A stretch of DNA of 64,000 nucleotides from the human T2T-CHM13v2.0 reference genome, Homo sapiens: assembly GCF_009914755.1 (NCBI RefSeq), contig NC_060932.1, one strand, 5' to 3'. Positions 59,919 to 64,000 of the stretch are shown one piece after another (within the stretch, counting starts at the first letter, position 1; the number at the start of each line of letters is the position of its first letter). Under the pieces are notes generated by a model, which saw only the letters and a program-made list of their open reading frames with translations, searched no databases and had not been told where the DNA came from. The translations under genes and the position numbers were made by a program.

Positions 59919-60190
59919 GTATCTTATCCTCTGGAAGGAATGTACAAGGTTATCATCCCTATTTCACAGATAAAGAAATTGAGGCACAAAGAGAGGTTTG
60001 TTTAAAGTCACATGGCTGATAAATGGAAGAGCGTGGATTTCGACTGAGGCAGTGCAGCTCCAGAGTCTATATTCATCATCACCACTCTCCATACTAACTC
60101 TCAAAACATAGTAAAGAGAAAGCAGTCTGTTGTCTTCTCATTTTTATGCTCAGTCACTGAATGAGGACGAAGTTACCTTCTTTCTGAGGT
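59919..60190 (-). repeat. Right arm of 272-bp inverted duplication
   Basis: Reverse complement of 58087-58358, 93% identity. Confidence 0.96.
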
Positions 60191-62090
60191 AGGTAGGAGA
60201 ATGTATGTTTGTTTGGGTGAACCTTTTAGTACCTCCTGGAGGTGGTCATGCAGTCCTTTTACTCATGGGAGCAACTCCAAGGACAGGTCGATACGCACTT
60301 ATTCATGCAAATAGCTATTGAGCATCTGCTATGCACAGAGTGCTGTGTTAGTGTCTAATACTGTGCCTAGCACATTGTAGGTCCTGAATCCTATATTTAT
60401 ATAATGAATGAGTGAATGAACAAATGCTGGTCTCTGGAATCTTATTAAGTGGTATTTACAGCCCAGTGCCAAAGAAGATACCGAAATATTTCTATAGGAA
60501 AGATGCTGTGAAGATCACAAATTGCTTTGGTATTACGCTGTCAAGTGCATGCTACAAGACACATCACATTTCTATTTTGAAAAGCATCATAAAAACACGG
60601 TTCTTTGTGATGTCACTGACACAGGGTAACTTTGCATTGCAGCTTTTTAACTTCTGTTATTAGTTGGTTGAAGTCATTCATTTCCTATTGGAAAAGTTAG
60701 ATTTTCTCTGAAACGTTTAAAATCTTGTTGTGTCTCAGACATAAAGTACCCTAAAAGTGAAAAAGCAAGAAGAGAAGGAAATTGTGAAAATGCACAATAT
60801 TTTTATGACCCACATAAAGAAGAGCAATAAAAATATTCCTTTGTGACCACAGGGCAAATGACTTAATGCTGTGACTAGAAATGACTCGATGTAAAACGCT
60901 GAGATGACAGTTGATACGAGTTTTGGAGTCCAGGCCAGGTCTCCCTCTAGACTTTCCTCCTAGATTGAACAGTGACAGACAAAGGCACAGTTCAGAAACT
61001 TCCCCTGGACCCAGCAGCTGCTGTGATACATTCACCTATGAAATCACTCATTTGCCTGGAAGAGAAAGAAATGTGGTTTTGAACTCTTTCCAGGACTAGT
61101 CTCCTGCATTAATGGAACAGCTTCTTCCCAGGTGCAGAGTCCACTTGCCCCGCAAACAACTCCAGTCTTCGGCTGTGTGAAATTGGCAGGTTTCCAAACA
61201 TCCAATTAAATAGAGAAGAAAATGCAAGACCAAATATGCCCTCCCTTCTGAGGGCACCACTTAAATGGCCTAGGAGGGGGCTGTAAGCCACTTCTAGGCA
61301 AGATGCTCATGGTCTGAGGGCAATTATGCAGATTATTATCCTCTGTATCCATTGACTGCTCCAACTGTATAATGGTACAGTCTACTATCAGTGTAAGAAA
61401 GTTGTCATGCAAAATGGTGAGAGCAGTTTTGAAAACCTTGATCTATTTAATTCAGTCAATAACCACAAAACAGTAGAATTCCACATAAGGAATATTAGGT
61501 CAAATACCCAACTTCAGGATATTTGATGACAAAATTTTATTTGCTCCTAAGTCAAGAATCATGTAATCTCCCCAATCCTCCGTGTTCTCATTCATAAAAT
61601 GGGGATAATATTAGCATCTACATGGCGAGAGTGGGTGAGGTTAGCAGCCTGCCTGGGCTTTGCTGCCAGATGGTCCAGGTGGAACCTCAGTTCTGCCACT
61701 TGCTGGCTCTGGACAAGTGAGCCTCAGTTTCCTGATCTGTAAAATGTGTGTAAATAACTGAACCTACCTCCCAGAATTATTGTGAGGGTTGAATGAGACA
61801 GTGCATGTGAAATTCAGCACACCATAAATGCTCAAAAAAGTGGCTAGTGTTATCATTGGCACTACTGTGAGGACTGGGCTGAAAGTATGTATGCAAAGAG
61901 GGTGTTAAACATGTAGGGGCTCTGCTCATGAAACTTAAGAATGTACGCTTCTCCACGGTTGGGAGTCTTTGTGTTCCCTAGCATTGTTTAGTACATAGTA
62001 GCTGCTCAGTTTACATAGTCACTTGAATATTGAATGGTGAGCAATCACAATGATGATGTGTTCTCTTTCCCCTGTATAAGTATTTGATGA

Positions 62091-62315
<225 letters not shown>

Positions 62316-63937
62316 TGACCACACCTCATAAAAAATGCCACGTTGAACTCACTCACTTTATTTTAAAGTAAATAAAGTCCTGACGCTGTGAGTGGTGAGA
62401 ACACTAGATGTACCTAGAGGCAAACTTGACCTCTGAAAACAGTTCACAGAACCAAAAAGATTGGTGATGATCATTTGCTTTACTAAAAGAGTTTTTCACT
62501 GACTTCCATTTAAATGGCAATTAAAATTGGATCTGGTTTACAGAACGTCAGTCTACACACTTCTTCAGGAATGTGATACTTGTATAAAGCAACCTGCAAC
62601 TGTACCCAGCCTCCAGCTAATTCCAGGTCCTATTGCTGTTTAATAAAAATGTCCATGCTTTTTGGAGACAGGAGGTTTTTACTGATCTCCCCTGGCTGAA
62701 AAGAAATGGATGGGTATTTTCTCAGCCTTTCTGTGCTTCTTTCTCTCTTGCTTGTTGCTTCGACGCCTTTCACAACACTTTAATCTCTATCCCTTTTCTT
62801 TTATGATGTGAACCAAACCTCTTGTTCTCCAAAGACGTTTGTGTGCTGAACCCTTGGATAGAGTCAAAAGCTTACTGGAGGATTTTTTTAACTTACACAA
62901 ATATTCTTTTCTTAAATTAGGTAGTCTAAAATGAAAGGAAAGGGTTTGTTTCTTTATTTAATATCTCTACCTCCTCATGAGGTTGCAGAAGCACAAATAT
63001 ATTAAGTAAAACAGTAGTTCCAGGAAGCCTGCCTAAAGCTTCCCCACCTCCTCGCAGTACTCCTGACAGCCCCTGTCTTTGGGTCAAGGTCAGGAGGGAG
63101 TCAAGAAGTGAGCATCACAGAAGGGGAGCAGAGACCTTGGAGACCATGAAGTTCCCATCTTGCTTCCTAGAGGAGGAAACAGACACAGAAAGCTCAAATA
63201 CCTTCTTTAAAGCCATAGTTGGTTGGAGGCTGAACCAGGTCCCCTGTGCCCACTTTTGCCTGTACAGGTGGTGGAGGCTAGTGTAGCAGTCTATACATCC
63301 ACATTCTAGCCCTCCAAGCCACTCCCTCCCTCTGGGCCCCATTCCCCTATCTATAAATTGGGGATAGATGTGTATATTTATGGAAGAGGATTTCTACTAT
63401 TTAGCATGTAGTATAGATGCTCTGTAGGGAAGACCACAAAATCATTACCTTTTCAATTTTGTTCTTAACAACATGCTTTCAATTGTTAGTGTTTATTTTC
63501 TATGCAGAAAACAATAATAGCAATAGAGCGTCTTTGAACACTCTACTAGGAAAAATCAGGTGACAGCAAACATTCCAAAGATCTGCAGGGCAGGGTACCA
63601 TTGTGGTTAGGAGCACAAACTTTGGAGCCAGGCAGACTTCAGTTTGAGCTCTCACATCTGCTACTTTCTAGCTCTATGCCCTTGGGCCAGCTGCTCAACC
63701 TCTGAACGCCTCATGCCTAAAAAAGAGTTAAAAATAATACCTTTCTATAGGATCATGAGGACTAAAGGAATGTTGTATAGGCTTTGCATAGTGACTGGTA
63801 TACAAGTGCCCAATACGTAGTAATGATGAAGATGATTGATATGTTTAAGTGATGAGGGAGTCCTGCCCTATTTTTCTTGGTAGTAAAAAAGGATATTAAA
63901 ATATTTTTGTATGTTTGTATGTAGGTCATAGTCCTGT

Positions 63938-64000
63938 TACACTAACCTGCTGAGCTGGCTGTGTTTCCCTTTGCTGTCCCATTGCTTTCCATTTCCCTTC
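63938..64000 (+). other. FER1L6: Probable branch point (acactaac) and polypyrimidine tract of the next exon, which lies just beyond the window
   Basis: CTAAC near 63942 followed by a pyrimidine-rich run to the window end; the C2 domain is incomplete at exon J. Confidence 0.55.

Overview
Human (primate) genomic DNA from the middle of a large, repeat-rich ferlin gene on the + strand. I recognise it as FER1L6, an otoferlin-type ferlin. Ten GT-AG exons (2456-2564, 19557-19737, 26983-27103, 29821-29921, 34026-34116, 37948-38067, 39832-39984, 51667-51844, 56272-56396, 62157-62291) join with consistent phases into 1314 nt / 438 codons with no stop. They encode the post-C2 linker/FerA region, FerB and most of a Ca2+-type C2 domain. 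The gene starts before and ends after the window. The introns hold a 14.1-kb TSD-bounded nested L1 composite, other L1s, Alus (one consensus-like AluYa5), MaLR/ERV1 LTRs and MIR/L2 remnants. Most interesting observations: (1) a D20S16-like 53/49/98-bp satellite array carrying a poly(A) signal, poly(A) tail and target-site duplication, i.e. a retroposed satellite; (2) an ungapped 272-bp, 93%-identical non-Alu inverted duplication around a 1.56-kb spacer; (3) a predicted spliced antisense transcript with an ORF running in frame into an exonised ERV1 LTR; (4) a convergent pair of THE1 LTRs, each with a DUX4 motif, just upstream of an ATG-containing exon. Repeat subfamily names come from recalled consensus sequences and were not checked by any search; repeat boundaries are approximate unless a TSD is quoted.
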